Of a DNA stretch of 64,000 nucleotides, positions 58,866 to 64,000 are shown in pieces. The notes beneath the pieces were generated by a model. That model had not been told where the DNA came from and made no database searches. It was given only the letters and a program-made list of their open reading frames with translations. Position 1 is the stretch's first letter. The number at the start of each line of letters is the position of its first letter. The stretch comes from Tubiluchus corallicola (Eukaryota > Animalia > Priapulida), in NCBI GenBank assembly GCA_030141605.1, contig JAQGDQ010000162.1, forward strand, positions 1 through 64,000. The letters are read 5' to 3'. The translations under genes and the position numbers were made by a program.

Positions 58866-59108
58866 TTAGAGTTGGGATGTCTGCCATATTAAAGTTATCT
58901 GCTATATTAGATTTGGGTTATCTGCCACATTAACACTGGGATATCTGCCACATTAGAACTGGGACATCTGCCACATTAGATTTGGGATATCTGCCATATT
59001 AGATTTGGGATGTTTGCCATATTAGATTTGAAATATCTGCCATATTAGATTTGGGATGTCTGCCGTATTAGATTTGGGATATCTGTCATATTAGATTTGG
59101 GATATCTA
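58865..59108. repeat. 23-bp minisatellite (ATTAGATTTGGGATATCTGCCAT) x about 10
   Basis: Visible tandem units, ending about 55 bp before the last-exon acceptor. Confidence 0.9.
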
Positions 59109-59164
59109 CAAGTGTTTTTCTGGGAAAAAAAGTTACTTAACTTGTATGTTATATTTTCTTTCAG

Positions 59165-62100
59165 CTGTCCCTGATCTAGCTGACCATTTGATGAGGCATG
59201 TGCGAGAGGACATGAGGAACAAAACCTCAGCTCTTCCTACAGTCGTCATCAAAAACAAGGAAAAGAACACGAAGGCGACTCCAGGAAAGGAAAACACGAG
59301 ACAAAACAAAGCAGTGGTTGAAGTAAGAGAGAAAAAAGAGAAACACAGTGGCTTCACCTGCACCTACTGTGGCGAGTCGTTCAGCAGCATGGCTATCATG
59401 AGACCACATCTGGTTCTACATAAACGAAACAACGACAAAGTGCAGAGTGTCTTCCAGATTGGAACAACAAATGCCGATAATAGTAATTCTCTACATGTAA
59501 GTGCCAACGGTGGTAACATGCAGCAAGTTGGTGCTGTTGACAGTAATGCCCTGCGAGTGAGTGCCAGTGATGATAATGCTATGCAAGTAAGTGCCAATGG
59601 TAGTAATATCCTTCAAGTAAGTGCTACTGATGATAATGATGCTGTGCAATTAGGTTCCTGTGACAGTAAAACTCAACAAATAAGTACTGGTGACGATAGT
59701 GCTCTGCAAGGAAGTGCCAATCGAAATAACTCGCCCAGAATGAAAACTGACAGTGATGATAACTCATTTGAATCAAATGATAATTCAAAAACAGTTGATT
59801 TGTATGAAAGTGACAAAGAAAGCGATAATTTTGATTCAGTTTTGTTTAAAAGCCACGAAATTGACAGCGATGTCGAGAAGGGTGGCGGAAAAATCAAAGA
59901 GGAAAACCTCGCTGATGAGGGCATCACTTTGAAGCTTTTCTCGTGTGAGGAGTGTGGAAAATTGTTTACCAAAAGCCCATATTTGGAAAAGCACATGGAG
60001 TTGCATAAAGGAAAACATTTCTGTAAACAATGCGGGAAATACTTTAGCAGGGAACAGACACTAAAAATGCACCTCTGCCAAGCATCCGGGAAAAATCCAG
60101 AAAAGCCTTTCAGCTGTGCTTACGAGTTTTGTAAGAAGAAGTTTGGCACAGAGAAGTACCGGGATCGCCACATGGCACTTCATGAAGGAAAATTTTCCTG
60201 TTCCGAGTGCGGTAAGGTTTACGCAAGGAAAGAAAGTCTAGATCTTCACCCTTGCTATAGCAAGACTGGTTTGATGTGCGGTATCTGCGGGAAGAAATTT
60301 ACCACTTTTTCGCGACTTCACAAACATTTACACGTGCATCGCAGCGGCCATCACTGCGAGTCTTGCCGGCAGAGTTTCCGCTCAAAAGCCGCACTTGAGG
60401 AGCACGAATGTAGTAATGATCAAGCATCTCCTAACAAGTCACACTCAAAACCCAATTATGTGTGTTCACATTGTCACAAAGAGTTCAAAACATGGAAACT
60501 GTTGAAGATACATACACAGAAACATGCAGGAATTTTCAAATGTGACTTGTGCGGTAAGTCGTACTCGTGCAAGTACTCATTACAAACACACGTTTGCTTA
60601 GCAAAAAACCTCGAGAAAATATTCAGATTCACCTGTGATGTCTGCCCGAAAAAGTTCACAAAGGAAAAGTATCTGTTGAAACATATTCCTCTGCATACTG
60701 GCGAATTTGCGTGCGATGTGTGCGGACGCTGGTACAGTAGTAAAGAGTGTCTAATAAATCATATGCGCTCTTGTAGCAGAGTAGAAGCAATTGAGCTGTC
60801 CGGCATGGTTGAATGCGGCAGTTGTGGGCTACAGTTTACGGAAGTTAAGCCGTACAGACAACATATGATGACTCATACACACCAGTACGTGTGCTCGCAA
60901 TGCGAAGCAAGATTTCTATCTGAAAAACGTTTACACCAGCACATATGTTCAAAACTTACAAATACCAACGAAGCAGATGACGTCTCACGACTTGATACTT
61001 CAGTCACCGTTAATGAATGCATGCAGTCGCAGTTGAAGGTAAATGATTCCCAGGTGAAGATGAATTTAGTGTGCGAGTTTTGTGGCAGGCAGTTTAGCAA
61101 TCGTGGGAATCTGAATCTCCATTTGATGACACATGGCGAAAAGAAGTTTGGTTGTTTGGAGTGCGGTAAGAAATTTCACCGAAGAGACACACTTAAACAA
61201 CACCGACAGACTCACAGGCAGACAGACAATCCAAATAATATGAGCAATGGCATAGCAAAGGTGTCACTCGAGCAGCTGATTTGTGAAGTGTGTGGATCAC
61301 AGTTTAGTTCTAAAAGCAATTTAAATTCTCATCGCCTTTTGCATGGAGAGAAAACTTACGAGTGCAAACAATGCGGGAAGAAATTCCACAGGAAAGATGC
61401 TTTGAAGGAACATGGCAGGGTGCACAGCAATGAAGAGAATGCTTACCAATGTCCAGAATGTGGGAAGAAGTTCAAGACCAAATCTTCCGTAGAAACTCAC
61501 CTGAAGCTGCACTGGAATGAAAAACCTTTCGTCTGCAGCATCTGCGGAAAATGTTTTGCACAGCGCGGCAACATGGTAAAACACGAACAGACACATTCAG
61601 GTCATCGTAGGTACGCATGCCAGTACTGTAACAAGCGCTTTTCGACCAACGACTATAAGAACATACACGAGTTGGAACACACGGACACAAAACGCTATCG
61701 CTGCTATGTGTGTGACAAGGGCTTCGTGAAGAATCACTTACTGTCGAGTCACGTGCGAGAGATGCACCGCAATGTGGTCATGATGTGCGAGTTCTGCCCA
61801 ACCATCGTGAAACTGCGTCACAGTCTGCTGCGACACCTGAAGAAAAAGCACGCAGATATGAAACACATCTGGGGCACCCCGGGGTACATGCAGAATACGA
61901 CCATCGACTCCAAAAAACAGTTGATTGCAACCGGCGAATCTTTTCAACATAGCGACATACCTGTAGCTTACACGACCAATGATGTCTTCGAAGCACTTCA
62001 AGTTGGTAGCGATGAACAGATGAATCCGAACCAAATATCCGAACAGGGTGAGTCTTTCGTGCAGAACACGACCATTACCAATTCGGTGTGTGTGACTGCT

Positions 62101-62223
62101 GAGACTGACGCAGCTACATTCCAGCAGCTGGTGCAACTACCTGGGTTCATGGAAGCCGTCAAGACCGCACAGGTTGACGCAAATTCTGAAAGCATAATAG
62201 CCTTTGAAGTAATTAAACAATAA
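59165..62223 (+). CDS. PRDM10/15-like protein, large last exon with about 22 C2H2/C2HC zinc fingers
   Basis: Acceptor ttctttcag; about 1020 open codons of CxxC..H..H/C motifs; stop TAA at 62221-62223; AATAAA near 62298. Confidence 0.95.
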
Positions 62224-63461
62224 CATTTAGCTTTCATTTTGCTTGTTGATATGAAATAATTATTTTAAAATGTGTTGAAGTTCCTCTACTTTGATACAAT
62301 AAAGTGTTTGTTGAAATTGCCATTATGTATTACACAGTTTAATATTTCAATCAGCCCTCGATGCGCAGTAAGTGTGTTGAGCTACAATTTATAGGAATTT
62401 GACATAATTACACTGGTTTAAATGTATTAACTCTGGTTTCTCTATATGCCCACCAATTTCATGAAATTATTTGTTTAAGAATTTTTATGTTCATTTGACA
62501 CAGTCAATCATATTTGTTAAACTGAACATTATTTGCCTGCAATCATTCTAATTCAGAAAAGTTACTTGATACATAACAGATTAAGAATACATGCTGGCCA
62601 GTAAAAATAACAATTCCCATGTCAATTAATTGTAATTATTATTTATTACGTACTCGAAAGCTAGTACATTAGTGCATACAATGTGCATGTAGAGAGCAAC
62701 ATACATAATAAAACACATGGGCAAAGGATAGGTCACAATAACGAGATTGCAAACTCATATACATGTATATTAAATTATAATTAAAATGCACATGCATCAC
62801 ATTAAACAAACAAGTAGTGTGGAAAAAAGGAGTTGTCAGTAGTTGAAGACATTTATATGTCAGACTTTGGCAAGCAATACTTCTCTCTATATCCAAACTC
62901 GATCTTTGACGTCAGACTATCTCAACACTGCTGCCAATATCAGCCACAGATAGACAGATAGCCTTCTTGCGTACATGGTTTAAACATAAGGTTAGTCATA
63001 GAAATAATTTAAAAAATGTACACCCTAATTAAATTGATATCGTCAAGCATATCGGCTTATTCCCCGGCCTCCTTTGTGCAGTAAGCACGATCACAGGAAA
63101 TCGGGACATCCTCAAGAACCACAGCTACGTAGAATTAACGCACCTTACTTTTTACTAGTCAATGACTATAAAACTTTTTGGCGTAAAACAAGTGAAAGTA
63201 CATTGCGTTATTTTTGTGCTGTCTGTTTAGTCAGTTTGGTGAGTATCGCTTTAAGCTGACGTTAAGCGGGGAAAATTTTCGTACATATTGCGCAGTTTTC
63301 TCATTTTGCGTTATTTGTTCTAAGATGTCTGTTTTGCAGTTCGTTGCTATGTTGTCACCACGATTTAAATACTAAGTAAAAACAACACAAAATGTCAAAA
63401 ATTACGTTGTGATAAACTCCCAGACATTCTAATACCAGCAGTTTCTCAGTTGGTGTGACTA

Positions 63462-63581
<120 letters not shown>

Positions 63582-64000
63582 TGCAATGCAAAATTAGGCA
63601 AAAGTTTATGCAAGTTAAACAACTATTAAATTTTGTACTTTAGACTTTAGAATATTTTTTAATAAGTTGTAAAGTTATTTTGAAAAGCAGAATTACACAC
63701 GAATGTTACCTTTTTTGAAAGTATATGTGGCACACAAGTGTTGTACTTCTGAACCATCCACCCCAAGCACACAACTGATTAGATAGTGCTTTTTTCCCTT
63801 ATGAGTTGGATGGCTTCGAGGAGTCGAAAATACATGATGGTTACAAAAAAACATTGTGTTGTGTATTGTTGTTAAAAAGCGATGTCATCACTTTGCAAAT
63901 GGCCAGTTATTAAGCAATAATAATCTTTCTTGTTTGCATCGATACAATGTCATATTTCGTTGCCAAAAAGTATTAAAAATATGAACATGGAAAAGTCATT

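Noticed and set aside
58865-59108. Regular 23-bp repeats resembling a CRISPR array
   Set aside because: Units are head-to-tail with no unique spacers, the context is a eukaryotic intron, and there are no cas genes.
59227-62237. Multiple minus-strand ORFs overlapping the zinc-finger exon
   Set aside because: Shadow frames of the + strand coding sequence with no recognisable motifs.

Overview
Eukaryotic, AT-rich, intron-rich genomic DNA from an animal, most likely an invertebrate bilaterian (inferred from gene content and sequence style). Three protein-coding genes lie on the + strand. (1) The 3' part of an ERG/FLI1-type ETS transcription factor: small exons at 14057-14122, 19788-19856 and 25032-25079, a last exon at 27610-28133, and a 5' end probably upstream of the window. 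(2) A complete cytoplasmic poly(A)-binding protein gene (PABPC1-like): 10 coding exons, 35908-49663, 646 aa, with a non-coding first exon carrying a TOP-like start and an A-rich tract. (3) A PRDM10/15-like gene: zinc knuckle, PR/SET domain and about 23 zinc fingers, 54575-62223, with the start exon uncertain. An inverted, frameshifted copy of part of the PRDM zinc-finger exon lies at about 32298-32926. Introns carry long microsatellites, minisatellites, foldback MITEs, a Kolobok/T2-like dispersed repeat, a LINE nested in a Harbinger-like MITE, and several LINE relics. The main leads are the ERG/FLI-PRDM10/15 linkage, which mirrors two human paralogons; strict C2H2/C2HC finger alternation; the antisense zinc-finger pseudo-fragment; PABP 5'UTR autoregulatory elements; and a G:U-rich intronic hairpin. 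Exon boundaries were read by eye from GT-AG signals and reading-frame continuity, and no database search was run.
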